Assembly: GCF_001194135.2 (NCBI RefSeq)
Contig: NC_068987.1
Span: 8,745,409-8,809,408 of the forward strand
Reading direction: 5' to 3'
Origin: Octopus bimaculoides
Lineage: Eukaryota
DNA length: 64,000 nucleotides
How positions within the stretch are numbered: the first letter of the stretch is position 1; every line of letters begins with the position of its first letter. The position numbers and the translations under genes are program-made. Shown here one piece after another: positions 14,562 to 28,233 of the stretch. The notes below the pieces were generated by a model. It was not told the origin of the DNA. It saw only the letters and a list, made by a program, of their open reading frames with translations, and did not search any database.

Positions 14562-14824
14562 AAAGGTAAAGGTAAAATTACCTTTTCAAGTCATACCAAC
14601 TTATAAGGGCCAGTTTCCTGGTTTCATAGCGTATATATTCCCCGTCTGGACGAGATACCGGTCCATCGCAGGATTACTCACTTTTGCCAGTTGAGTGGTC
14701 TGGAGCAACGTGAAATGAAGTATTTTGCTCAGGAACACAACACACAGCACGGTCCAGGAATCGAAACCACAATCTTACGATCATGAGTCCAACACCCTAA
14801 CCACTAAGCCATGTGCTTCCACTT
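14562..14824 (-). mobile_element. tRNA-derived SINE family E with perfect 12-bp TSD
   Basis: Minus strand head ggcttagtggttagggtgttgg...ggtttcgattcc; flanked by tgctttgagagt at 14550-14561 and 14825-14836. Confidence 0.88.
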
Positions 14825-15405
14825 TGCTTTGAGAGTGAACTTGATAAATGGAAGCTAGAAAACTAAAACTGTCACATGTATGTGTATGCATGCATGCACA
14901 GATATGCATAATGGTTGGCACCACACAACTTCGTGTCAGTGAAATGGTGATATGTTTACATTCCTTACCAACATTATGTTTGGTCACTCAGTATGTCTAA
15001 AAGCCTGTATTATAAGAAATATCTCTTACTCGAAAAACAGAAGGGCTGGTGACAGGAAGAGTATCCAGCCATAAAGTCCTGTCTCAAATATGGTCACATC
15101 AACAATCCACGCAAACATGGATAAACTGACAAGCAAATATATATCGTTGTTATTATGTTAAACTGCCACATGTCCAAATTTGGCCAAATGAGTTTTTTCC
15201 CAATATTTATTTCTGCTTGCAATAGCCGGTTCGTTTGGTCAAAATATCGTATCCCCAGCTGCTTCAGATGCCAAGATATCAAAAATCGTCAGTGTGTAGT
15301 ACAACAGTTTTGGTATGGAATGGTGAAACTATATTTACATTTTCTGAAAAAGCAACATTTTGGACTTACAACACTTTTGCATAACAGCAACAATATGTAC
15401 ATCAT

Positions 15406-15455
<50 letters not shown>

Positions 15456-16142
15456 AAAATTTGTGTATATGTGTGTGCATGTATAATGACACGCACACAC
15501 ATCCACAGGCATTGTACACAATTATTGCTCAATTCTCTTTTTCCCTTTTTAACAAACTGACTGTTACGAAAGACATTATTACAGCATAACATAACTTTTC
15601 TTTTTCCACTTGCTACACAGTTACCATGTAATGAGATGCTTGGTCATTATCTATTGCATAATACTGCTAGATTTATTTGACTGACCTCATAATCTGATAA
15701 ACAGAATCCTGGTGAGATTTGGACTAAGAAAAACAAGTAACTAATTGGTCACTTCGTCGTATTCAATAGTGAAATTATCAAACTCGCATGTTGGTAGAAG
15801 AAATAGGCAACAGTATTAGTAAAATAGTTGATTGTTTAGGTGCAATTAAGAAGCCTGTTTTGCAACCATGTGGTTTTGGGTTCAGTCCCACTGTGTGGCA
15901 CATTGGGCAAATTTATTCTACTACAGCCTCGGATGACAAATGCCGTTTGAATAAATTTAGTAGATGGAAACTGTATGTAAGGAAGCCCATTGTGCGTGTG
16001 TGTTTGTACCCCGCTACCAACACTTCACAACTAATGTTGGTTTGTTTATATCCTCATAACTTAGTGGTTCAGCAAAAGAAACCAGTAGAATAAGCAACAG
16101 ACTTTAAAAAATAGATACTAGCATCAATCTGTTTGATTAAAA

Positions 16143-16787
16143 AGGTGGCAAGCTGGTAGAAACGTTAGCACACCAGGCAAAATGCTTAGCGGTATTTCAT
16201 CTGTCTTTATGTTCTGAGTTCAAATTCTGCCAAGGTCAACTTTACCATTCATCCTTTTGAGGTCAATAAATTAAGTACCAGTTGGATACTGGGGTTGATC
16301 TAATCGACTGGCCCCTCCCCAAAAATTTCAGGCCTTGTGCCTAGAGTAGAAAAGAATATTTGACTACATAAAGGCGTTGAGCTGGTAGAAACGTTAGCAC
16401 GCCACGTGAAATGCTTAGTGGTATTTCATCTGCCGCTATGTTCTGAGTTCAAATTCCGCCAAGGTCGACTTTGCCTTTCATCCTTTCAGGGTTGATTAAA
16501 TAAGTACCAGTTACGCACTGGGGTCGATATAATTGACTTAATCCGTTTGTCCCCTCTGTGTGTAGCCCCTTGTGGGCAGTAAAGAAACAAGAAACATTAG
16601 CACACCAGACGAAATGCTTAACGATATTTCAACTGTCTTTACGTTCTGAGTTCAAATTCCACCAAGGTTAACTTCACCTTTCATCCTTTTGGGGTCAATA
16701 AAGTAAGTACCAGTTGCATATTGGGGTTGATCTAATTGACTGAGCCTCTCTCCAAAAATTTCGGGCCTTTTGCCTAGAGTATAAAGG
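16143..16787 (+). mobile_element. Three tandem SINE-B units nested in a SINE-A copy
   Basis: Three repeats of gttagcac...gagttcaaattc...taagtaccagtt. Block flanked by aatctgtttgattaaaa (16126-16142) and aatctgtttcattaaaa (16788-16804). Confidence 0.85.
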
Positions 16788-18989
16788 AATCTGTTTCATT
16801 AAAACCTTTCATAGTGATGCCCCAGCATGACTGCAATTCAATGACTGGAACAAGTTAAAAGGTATTGTAAGAAGAGAACGTAAAAAGCATAGAAATGGTG
16901 ACTATATGAAATATTGACATATGCTGTTTACAAGAGCTAAGAGATACTGAAATATCTTCAGAAATTACTATTTTTAGTGTTTTCCGTTAGACGATAGAGA
17001 AGTAAAAAAAAAAAAAAAACGCAATAGACAATTTTTAGAACAAAGAAAACAACAAAGTAACACTTGCATAGTATAGAATTCAAAAAGGCATAGACAAATG
17101 GCAAATTCAACATTTTCAGGACAAACAGGCTAAAAGAATTAAAGCAACAGAAAGGGTATTAGAAAAAGGAGAAAGCTCATTCAGAAATGTGACAGAATTC
17201 TCAAGTTAAAATGAGAACAGATGAATAGATTTAAAATATCAGCGAGAAGCACGTAGGCAGAGGAAATAAATGACTTAGTTGTAGACAAACAAACCTACTT
17301 ATTTCATATATAGGCATGAATGAAGAGATGTTACCATCTCTGTGTTGCATTGACACCACTCTAGATATGGTAAGTTTTGTTTTACCAACAGAAAACAAAC
17401 ACCCGTACGCAAGCATGCCCGCATACATTTGGTTATAATGAAGAAAAAGTACTCAATACCACAACTGGGTGTAATTAGTTTATTTAGGCTGAAGTTGTGG
17501 TCTGTTACTCTGGAATTTGCATAAGATGTTGCCAGTTCCAGAGTAAAAGAGTGGATAATGAATAAAGAACTGCCACTATGGTGACAGAGAAGTTGAGACA
17601 CGTGATTTTGAGTCCTAACAATGGCCCTCAGGAAAGAGCAACATGTCACTGGATCGACCTAACTATATATATATATAAAAGTTGGGATGCATGGCATTCA
17701 GTTACTCAATAAAAGAAAAATGCATAATTATAATTATGTTTTTTCAATACACACACATACACACACACCAGTTTAATGTCCACTTTTCCATGCTTGCATC
17801 GGTCAGACAGGGTTTATTGAGGAAGCTTTTCTACAGCCATCCCTCATCTGTTTTCAAGCAAAGTAATAAATTCCCTGCAGACAGACGTGTTCTCGCAGAA
17901 TACTGGAAATGACTGACAGAGACATTCATTTACAATTACCATGTAATGTCAAAACAAAGAGACACACACATACAATGGGCTTCTTTCAGTTTCCATCAAT
18001 TAAATCCACTCCCAAGGCATTGGTTGGCCCAGAGTTATAATAGAAGATATTTGCCCAAGGTCTAACACAGGAGCACTGAACCTAACGTCATGTTGTTAGG
18101 AAGTAAACACACTCTTAGAGGTTCTCTCAATTTCTGGGGGACTTTTTCTCAACAAATTGACTGACATGGATAAATCTTAGATATTTTTTCTATTCTTAAT
18201 TGATAGTGGATACAGTAAATCCAATCAGAGAAATCAGTATTCTTCTGTTGTATTATGCATTTTACTCCTTGGTATATTCAAAAGCAATACGACATCCACA
18301 TTAAATTACTCAATCTAATCTATGAATCTTGGCTACAATTAATTAATGTGATGTACACACAATCTAGTAATTTTACAATGAACGTTGGCAATATTGTTCT
18401 TAAAACAAATTGATTGAGAGGTTATATGTCTGTTTAGGATACAATGAGAGTAGATCCCAAGGTAGTCAAATTTCATAAAATTAGATTTCTCTTAATTGGT
18501 TTGGCTTTTCATATGCAATGAAGTAGGAATTTTTTTTCTTTTTATCAGTGATACTATCAAATCATTTACACATATAGAGATGCAAACATTTTCATACACA
18601 CACACACACACAAACACACACAATTACTCAAGAAATATTCAGCAAATCTAATTTAATGCTAAGTTACATTCCTGTAATAGAAATTAAAATAAGATCACAA
18701 ATAGTGACATATTAATCAATAAAACACCATTAAAACTATATCTAACTTCACTTTTCCCCAATGGCTAATAAAATTTAATTCCTTTCGTGTATGAAAAATC
18801 TTAAAAGATACTTTCCCCCACAACAATTAATCAAGCGTTTCTTTTAATTAACACAGTCCAGACATTAGTAATTTGTAATGATGTTTCAATTCTTAACCTT
18901 TTTATCTAATAAATTTCTCAATAAAGTAACATGTTAAAAATGTCACCATTGTCATCACCGTCATCACCACCACTGTCATTATCATCAGG

Positions 18990-19240
18990 TATTGCCCATG
19001 CTCAGCTACTTGAACACCATAGATAATTTTCTTGGTCTTTCTTGTACTGTCGTTATAAAATCGCTCTGTCTTAAGCCTGTTTTAATTTGTGATCATCTTA
19101 CCCAGGTAATTCTTGGGAGTTCCCCCACCTCACCCTACCCTTCATCTTTCCTATTCGTTTTACCATCGATTCGTTGTCTCTTGTTAACTTTCAGTGAACA
19201 GAAGACCCAGGCTTGCTACTAAGCAACTGTAAATATTCAA
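18990..19240 (-). mobile_element. RTE-like LINE 3' end remnant
   Basis: Minus-strand KLTRDNESMVKRIGKMKGRVRWG...QA*DRAIL*R resembles the RTE C-terminus, followed by a GAT-type tail (18950-18990). Confidence 0.45.
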
Positions 19241-21354
19241 CAGGTCATAACCCCATCTCCAGCACTGAATCTTTTTCATTTCATTAGCTGACAACAGATA
19301 AGAATTGAGCCCCTTTCCCATCCACTGGTGGTGTACAGAACTTCACAAGAAAATGAAGTTGTTTTACAGCACACTGTGCAGACATCAAATCCTCTTATAT
19401 GAGAACAGAATGGGAAAATGTCATCGTAACAACCTAATCATATCCTATAATAATCAGGACAACTTTTACACAGCCATCGTCACTATCATCATTTAACGTC
19501 CATTTTCCATGCTGGCATGGGTTGGATGGCTTGACAGGAGCTGACCAGCAGGAAAGCTGCCCAATTTTTTTTCTTATCTGCATATCTTTTTACCTTTTAT
19601 ATTAGTTTCAGTCATTGGACTGTAGCCATGCTGGGGCACTGCCTTGAAGGGTTTAATCAAACAAAACCACAGATCTTATTTTTAAGTAGTGGTACTTATT
19701 CTGTCGGTCTCTTATGCTGAACCACCAACTTATGGGAATGTAAACAAACCAACACCAGCTACCAAGCAATGGTGAGGACAAGCACACAAATATACATGTG
19801 TACACATACACACACACATGCATGCATGCATGACAGCTTCCATGTACCAGATTCACTCACAAGACACTGGTTGGCCCAGGACTATAGTAGAAGATACCTT
19901 CCCAAGTTGCCACACATAGGACTGAACCCAAAACCAAGTGAAACAAAGCGAGCTTTTTAACCACAAAGCCATGCCTGCACCAGAAGCAATTTGTAGGCAG
20001 AAGAGAATTTTGATAAAGCTGACACTGGTAATATAGTAGTTAGTTATGTTACCATTTTGAAAGCATATATGAAATACTATGTTAATTTCAGTCAAATTTA
20101 ACTGCAAGGTTGTGAAATACTAAACTAAATACTATGAGTTAAAAAGTCTATCTTCCCATGCCCAGCTATACCAACTCCATAATTTGTGGGGCTGATCAAG
20201 AAAATGAGCAAGTAATTTGAATAATCTACAGTAGAGTCATTAGCACTGAGTGAATATCACATCAAAGTTTATTCAACAGTTACAACAAACATCCTGTTGG
20301 ACAGAGTAGTTGTTATAAACACAGATCAACATCCTTTCATAGAATACAACTCTATCTTAATTTACCCAGCTGATACAGGAAGCTAATCTACATTAAGTTA
20401 ATATCTTATCCCAAATAAAAATTCTATTGTATCTGTGTATTAAACTTAACAGTCATGAGAAAGAAATGCAGTTGTTATGAAGTATTTCATCTGTCTTTAC
20501 ATCAAAGAACAATCAACAGAATTTTACGGGGCAGAGATGCATCTTTTATTCTAGTCCTGGCCTGACCAATGCCTTGTGAGTGAATTCAATAGATGGAAAC
20601 TGTGTGGAAGCCTATCATGTGCATTTTTGCGTTTAACCTCTACCACCACTTGACAACCACTGTTGGTTTGTTTACTTCTCTGTAACTTAGGGGTTAGGCA
20701 AAAGAGAATGATAGAATAAGTATCAAACTTGAAATTAGAAGTGGGAATGATTTGTTTGACTAAAACCATTCAAGGAGGTTCCCTAGCATTGGCCACAGTC
20801 CAATGACAGAAGCAAGGAAAAGATACAAAAATAAAAGATAAGTCTAGATATTTGGTTATCTTTTAAAACTATTTTTTTTCCCCCAACAAATTAACTGCTG
20901 CTAAAAACTTTACAACATAACTTTTATTTATTGATCAGGTACATTGCTTTTTTTTTTTTTTTTTTTTTTTTGATTGAAAGGAATGGTTTAATTGATTGAA
21001 CCACCTATTATTTAATATTACTTGTCTTGTATTATACCAAAATTTAAATTAAAAAGATAAGAGAAAAATCTTGAGTTTTCTGTAACTAAAAAAAAAGAAA
21101 AAAACCTGAATTTTCCCATGAAAGGCCTCTGCATAGTGTCACTGCCAATATCAATACATGTACCAAGATATTGCAGCTGTTGAGTTATTCAGTATTGTTA
21201 AAATACAATATACACTAAGAACAGTTCAAATCAATACGCAGATAAAGTTAAAAGGTTGGAAACGAAAAGCTAGATCGGTAGACCATTCAACATCAAAGTT
21301 GTCAATAACTAACACAAATATGATGATGGGTGGTAGAATTGGTAGAGCACCAGA

Positions 21355-21401
<47 letters not shown>

Positions 21402-23733
21402 GCATGGTATTTAGTATATCCCTTTATGTTCTGTGTTCAAGTCCCTCTGGGGTCAGCTGTCTATTATCTCTATGGACTACGATCGAAAAGAACAGTATCA
21501 GTACTGGGTATTGTTTTACTTGCTTATTTGTGGCTATGTGCTAATGTAATACTATCAATACATAGCAGAAATGCTAACATTTAGTATTTTAAGAAGTTAG
21601 AAAATGTTCTTTCTAAGATAAATCAAAAACAAGCAGATATAAACATGTTCATTCTAACTTTTCTCCAAAACTTTAACCATGCCACCCACCATTTCAAGAA
21701 ATAAAAATATAATCACTCAAAAAAGAGAGGTTATAAATTGTAAATCATTTTTAACAAATTAAGTAATAGCATTTATCTTCCCTCCTTCTCTTCATGCTAT
21801 CATAAATTAAATATACAGATTGCTTTATTTGCAACAATAAGCAGAGTAAATAACGTTCCTATTTCCAATACTTCATAGACAAAAACATACATAAGTAGAT
21901 AGACATAACTTGTAAAATACAAACAAAATGTTACCAGTAACCAGGCAAAGATGTTAGTGGAATAAGAATAAAGCAGAATATAGCAAATTTATAAAGTTGA
22001 ATTTATAGAGATTTATAATAAACAATTTGTTTTTAAAAGAAACATTAACATCTTTTCTGGCATTTTAAGCAAATGAATAATTTTATAGACATACAATGGA
22101 AACTAACCTACTCTACTTGTCAAAAAGATGCATAATTCTCAATGAATGTTAGCTTCTTTACCTATATATAATAAAAAGCACCAACAAGAAATCTTTTAAT
22201 CTGCATCAATGCTACAGAACTAACAAGTTTCTCATTTGCTTGGAGGATGTTGGAAGAATAGTCTCAACTAGGCTGACTTGTCCTAGACATAGTAAATCAC
22301 AAGAAACTGTTTCAGTAATGCTCCAACAAGCCAACAATTTATAGGATCTAAATGAAAATTAGTGCCAGTACAGAAAGTAGATAACAAGGATTTAATAAAT
22401 ATATAAATTACCTTATTTGAATTTCTATTGTGATAAGAGATAATAGCTTATAGTCTAGAATTCTTAGGATTAAGATGCTGAATATTGCATCAAATTTTAA
22501 CAGCAAATGCTTGAAACTATCTCTATTAAAGTGTTCAAATTTTTAAATTCAAATCTTGGACTGAAATCTCATTACTATGTGAAAGATAATATTACATTTT
22601 TATACATAAACATATGGCTTTTATTAAGCTAAAATTTATTTATTTCACTAAAGCTTTAATAATTCTTGTTTGGTTTTATGTGTGGGTTATGGCATGTAAA
22701 CTTTGAAGAATTCTTGGCTCTTGAGCTTATTTCTCCTTCTCAAGTGGAAGTGGTGTTAATTGCCATTTGGTGCTTATGAGACATTCTCTAAAAATGGAAA
22801 TAATCTTAATAAATCAAGAGGAATTTATGTTGTATGGTACTTCGTATACCTGTATTTGTCTATATTATTGAGGCATTGCTTTACAAATAGAAGCCCTTTC
22901 TGTCCTGACCCATATTTTTCAAAAAAGGGGTCTTTTCTTCCACACATCTTCAAAGGTGCAAAGCAGTGGATAATTTATTGACAGGGGAAATGGTGACAAT
23001 ATCACTGCTTGTAGCTCAGCGTTTTGCAGAGAAGCACAAATGTAAACACACAAATATGACTTTCTTTCAGTTTCTGAAGCTATAGTAGAAGACACTTACC
23101 CAGGTGCCACACACTTGGATTGAACCCAAAACCATGTAGTTGCAAAATGAACTTCTTAACCACACAGCCATGTCTATACTTGAAAATTACAACCCCATAG
23201 AACGTATTCTTGTTGGAAGTATGTTCCCAATAAACTTAGGACAATACATTTGAAAAATTTACTTCATTAAATCTCTATTCAAAACTAGCCAAAATTAAGC
23301 ATGTGACAGCAGATTTAATCTAATTATCTAAGTTTGAATACTTGAAGACTAATAAGCAAAATAGAAGTAGGGATTGTATTTGCATATTTTCTGAAATAGT
23401 TGTATATTCTGAAACATTCTCACCAAGCAAACTTTTCATCAACAGAACGCTAACAGAACTGTGAAAACAATTACTAGAATGGTGAAGACAAGCATTTTCT
23501 ATCATTTAAACTAATTACAGTTTTACTTATCAAGCTTTATTCATATTGTTTTTTTATGTTTATATTATGAGTGTACATTATTTTGATGATATAGTTACCA
23601 TTCTTCCAAATGAATGTTATTTATGTTGTATGTGTGTGTGAGTGCACGTGTGTACACACACTCACACACACAGAGGGAGTGATATTATTTCTAGCTTTCA
23701 CTATCTGCTTTACTCTTTATCCTGATCCTTTAA

Positions 23734-23934
23734 CCCTTTTGATGCTAAGCTGCCCAAGACTGCTCCTGATTCTTTGATAGAAATTTCCTGTTTTAAATTA
23801 AAACCTTCCATCAAAAATTTCATGTTAAGAGTATGTTCCAAATACCAACATAACAATGACAAAGTTGCTTTATTAAATTCTTCAGCATTTTCAAAATTAA
23901 TAGAAACAAACACAAAAATATGGTAACAAAAAGG
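23734..23934. mobile_element. Older copy of the 47696-47915 piggyBac-like MITE family
   Basis: ttaa|cccttttgat ... ggtaacaaaaagg|tcaa; internal similarity (aattaaaaccttccatcaaa, tatgttcc, ttattaaattc) to the 47.7-kb copy. Confidence 0.7.
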
Positions 23935-24149
23935 TCAATTAAACTATTTATAGAAGCTTTTCTATCCAGTAAAACTACTTTTTCTAAGGTATTTTTACGA
24001 ACAAACTATTCAACAATCAACCTAAGATTCCACTCAAAGACATTAAAAGTACTCTGAATCTACACATAAGCATGTGTCCATTATATATGTGCACACATTA
24101 TACATACATGTTCATATATGTATGTGCAAACATGCATCTGTGTGAGTGA

Positions 24150-24203
<54 letters not shown>

Positions 24204-24871
24204 ACATACACATGAACACTGTCAATATCACAGCTCCACAGCTCATCTTAATCAATAAACAAGTAGAGTGACTGGTGTTTATTGACAAATATATAATTGG
24301 TGTGACTGATAGATTAATAACTAACAAACGACTGTTATGACTAAGTATTTATTAGTCAGGTATCATGTGGAGAGAGAAAGTTCAAAGCCAAAACAGCCGT
24401 AGTAAAGAAAACTATTGGCAAGTATTCATAAATTATTTGATAAACAACATTTTCTTCCTGAATGAATTTTGTGCATATTGCTTCAAAGGTTGGCTATTTA
24501 ATGGATTCTGGTGTACATGAGTAACACAAGAAATAGGCGTGAGGTTAGACGTGGACAATTTTACAGCTGTGCATCTAATAAACAGTATCTCATAGCAATT
24601 CTCGGTATTCTATTTAAGTAGACATAATCTATATTGTATATCCTTTTAGGAGAATCTTTAATCAGTAGTATCTGACGAAGCAGAAAGTTTTAGATTATAT
24701 ATTCATCATAAGTTCCTTTGGGGATGTTGTTGGCTTGTCAGTATCAGCTACCCCCATCACTTTATTCTGTTAGGGGTCCTATGAAATAGTTTTCACTGTA
24801 AGCAAGAAATGTAATTTGGTTCCTTTTCCCCTTCATGTGTCTTAGTTGACTAATTCATTTCAAAATATTAA

Positions 24872-25354
24872 CCCTTTGCTTGTCCAAAGTATTTTCATAT
24901 AAAAAGTATTTTCGTAAAAAGCACCATCTGAACGTAGCCAATGCCAGTGCCGCCTGACTGGCTCCCGTGCTGGTAGCATGTAAAAAGCACCCACTCCACT
25001 CTCAGAGTGGTTGGCATTAGGAAGGACATCCAGCTGTAGAAACATTACCAGATCAAATTGGAGCCTGGTGCAGCCTCCTGGCTTGCCAGTTCCCAGTCAA
25101 ACTGTCCAACCCATACCAGCATGGAAATTGGACATTAAACGATGATGATGGTGGTTATTTTAAACATTGATGCTTGTTTTCAGACTTTTAGTTAACCCAC
25201 GTTTCATACATTCTGAGTAATATAAAACTTTCCTTTCATAAGGCTCAAGATACCCTGGGAGTTGAAAAAATTGGGAATATTTATCATATATGATGCATGG
25301 ACACTAAGGAAATATGCCTTGTGTATCACATGTATATACAAGACAGGCAAAGGG
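24872..25354. mobile_element. piggyBac-like MITE containing a nested retroposon
   Basis: TTAA at 24868-24871 and 25355-25358; 13-bp TIRs ccctttgcttgtc / gacaggcaaaggg (12/13). Confidence 0.88.
24915..25150 (+). mobile_element. RTE 3'-UTR-type short retroposon nested in a piggyBac-like MITE
   Basis: aaaaagcacc...ttggcattaggaaggacatccagc...ccataccagcatggaaattggacattaaacgatgatgat. Related copies at about 7270-7500(-), 13340-13560(+), 27925-28130(+), 36600-36860(-), 49790-50010(+), 57110-57370(-). Confidence 0.8.
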
Positions 25355-26091
25355 TTAAGGAGAAAATCTAATGATTTCCTGATAAATCTCAAATATATCT
25401 CTGACAACTGTATATTGTTTAATTTAAGAAAACTAACATTTACCAAAGAATATTTGGAAAAAAATTAACAGTTTCAAATGTTGATTACAATAATTTGATT
25501 TAGACTAAAAGTTAATTGAAAATGAAACCATTTAATTTTTTCATCTCAAAAAATACATTTATTTTCAGATCCCTCCATTTCACTGTTCCAGCAATCAATC
25601 AACAAATGTGAGAGAAACAACTAATCTGTGAAGGAATCAGTATGGAGCAGACAACCAAAGAACATTTTTTTCCCTGTAGTAAAACTTCCACTTATCCAGA
25701 TCCATTTTGCGTTTTTTACTTCAACAGAAAGTTTAGGTGAGAGAGTCATTAGATTTTTATATCATTTCCATTGCCAAATATTTCATTTGATATTACTGAA
25801 GAAAATGTAAAAGAATTTCATTCTTTCTTGAGCATAAATAGATTCAGATGATTGATTTGATGAAAACAGTATTGATACTCCTTTCATAAATTTCGAAGAT
25901 TACCTTCTTAACTGAATGCCTGAGGTGCAGAACTTAGATATGTAAAACAGTCATGCTTTCAGTTGTGATAACAATGATATAAGATTGAAAACAACTAAAG
26001 ATAATTAACTAGGATAAAGTTGGTAATTTTAACTGCGCAGTAAGATTTAATTTACATATATATACACCTGTGTGTGTGTATGTGATAATAA

Positions 26092-26256
26092 ATTTTTTTC
26101 TCCGTGTTTTTCTCCTTGTCTCCATATTCTTTCTGTTGAAGAGCGTAGCTCGAAACATCAAAGACTTTCCGTATTCCCGAGCGTCATACTAATACATCCT
26201 TTTATTATTTACACCACCTGTCCTCGTCTGTTGTTGTTTTTTCGTACATTCTCCCA
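26092..26256 (+). mobile_element. Short Penelope-like (pLTR-derived) repeat with hammerhead-like motif, followed by (TA)n
   Basis: Near-identical to the reverse complement of 50782-50948. Contains tcttt CTGTTGA a GAGC gta GCTC GAAA catc aaaga; abuts the (TA)n/N gap. Confidence 0.75.
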
Positions 26257-26698
26257 TATATATATATATATATATANNNNNNNNNNNNNNNNNNNNNNNN
26301 NNNNNNNNNNNNNNNNNNNNNNNNNNNNNNNNNNNNNNNNNNNNNNNNNNNNNNNNNNNNNNNNNNNNNNNNNNNNNNNNNNNNNNNNNNNNNNNNNNNN
26401 NNNNNNNNNNNNNNNNNNNNNNNNNNNNNNNNNNNNNNNNNNNNNNNNNNNNNNNNNNNNNNNNNNNNNNNNNNNNNNNNNNNNNNNNNNNNNNNNNNNN
26501 NNNNNNNNNNNNNNNNNNNNNNNNNNNNNNNNNNNNNNNNNNNNNNNNNNNNNNNNNNNNNNNNNNNNNNNNNNNNNNNNNNNNNNNNNNNNNNNNNNNN
26601 NNNNNNNNNNNNNNNNNNNNNNNNNNNNNNNNNNNNNNNNNNNNNNNNNNNNNNNNNNNNNNNNNNNNNNNNATATACAGTACTATACATCTATTACA

Positions 26699-26788
26699 AC
26701 CAATCTTACCAATTGGTTTCGCACTAGAAGTTCAATGGAGTGTTAGGTAACAATCCAACTATGTAAACTTGTGCTCATCAGAGTTAGT
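26699..26788 (-). ncRNA. Type I hammerhead ribozyme motif with palindromic helix III (Penelope-like element type)
   Basis: Minus strand ACUAACU CUGAUGA GCAC [46 nt] GUGC GAAA CCAAUUGGU A AGAUUGGU. Core at 26781-26775, stem II GCAC/GUGC, GAAA at 26720-26717, palindrome ACCAAUUGGU, GUA triplet (A17 = 26707). Stem I is 7 bp with one bulge. Confidence 0.65.
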
Positions 26789-28233
26789 AAAGTCTTTATA
26801 CACACACACACATATAAAGACGAAATGTGTCAAGGCCAACAGGAAACGGTGTTTCCTAGGGCTAAATAGCAGTAGTATTCTTCCCTTTCATGGGACTGTT
26901 ACATCGAGTTGACAACATACCACCAATTTTACTAATATTGTTTTTGAAGAAAAATAGATTCAAGTATCTAGTACTGGACAAAAACAATGAATATTAGTAC
27001 GGAAGCTGAGTAATTGTGGTAACAGTCACAGATAACTAAGCAAATTAAGTAGGGTCAGAAGCCAGACTTTACAAGAAAGGGACACATAAAATATATAAAA
27101 AATGTTTCCTTAAAAATGGAAACATTCTGTCACAAAAACTAAAATTTTTTGGTTTTTATAATTTAGTGATAGATAAGTGTGTTAAACAAAGAATTTAGAC
27201 TTACATTTATATTAACAAAAAAAATTCCTTAACATTGTTAATTGGAAACTCAAGTCAAACAGAAATATCACAATTACACAGTTACACTGAAAAAAAAAAA
27301 GGTCATAAAAGAGAATAGGGAAAAAAATAAAATGGCCAACATTATTCAAGTGTCTAAATAGAGGAAACAAAAACATAAAGTCACATGTCTGTAACAGTAT
27401 ACGGATATAAAAAATATTGTGAAAAAACACCCAACAATTCAGATTACTCTTTCATTATTAACCACCTACTTCTAAAAGTTAGGGGAAACAGGATTAAAAT
27501 TCTCTCCCAATATTATTCTCAGTAGAATTGGAAATCTGTGTATTCATTTCTCCAGCAAGAAGGCCTGTTCTTGTCCTTCTATCATACTTTCACATCCCTT
27601 AACCCATTACCTCCCATAATTCTATTAACAGGAATTTTTTTTTATGAAACTTTGATTTCTAGCATAAAGCAGCCTTAGAAACACACTGGAATGATCAAAA
27701 TAACATTTTAAATAGAAATAAGCGAGATATTGGGTGAAAAATTAGCAAACCTCATTTGAATATCAGAGAAATATACCTAGTAGATATAGCAAAAAGGTTA
27801 GATATGTGTAAATATTGACAGATAATTACGAAATTTGTAATTTTTAAGTGATCTCATATGAGATCACTGGTAGGTAATGGGTTAATAGCATACCCCGCTA
27901 AGATGAAGGATCTTGCCTTGTGAGTACCTAGTGAGCTCACAAGTGCTGGTGCCAAGAGAAAAAGCATCCAATACACTCCATAAAGAGGTTGGTATGAGGA
28001 AGGGCATCCAACTGTGGAAACCATGCGAAAGGAGACACTGGAGCTCAATGCAGCTCTTTGGCTTTTTGGTTCCTATAGAACCATCCAACCTATGCCAGCA
28101 TATGGAAAAAAGAGGCATCAAATGATGATGCTAACAGTAGTTAGATTCAGTTATTTCAATCTCTAACAGTATATTTTCATTCCTTAATTTTAGTGATTAC
28201 AGCAATGGTAGAAAAGATAATATATTCCCTAAA

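Noticed and set aside
17315-17369. Plus-strand 56-nt exon-like segment ending ATG|gtaagt
   Set aside because: Isolated, no partner exons, and adjacent to a repeat motif (aaaaagtactcaatac) also seen at 8640.
21356-21398. 43-nt poly(A) tract
   Set aside because: Expansion of a short A run inside a SINE-B copy; no upstream processed-gene sequence.
23710-23913. Protein-like minus ORF (ENAEEFNKATLSLLCW...)
   Set aside because: Lies entirely within a piggyBac-like MITE copy.
25570-25940. Apparent run of small plus-strand exons with gtgaga donors
   Set aside because: Continuous reading gives a stop-riddled acidic segment (DITEENVKEF..DSDD*FDENS) typical of decayed Tigger-like sequence; no coherent spliced ORF.
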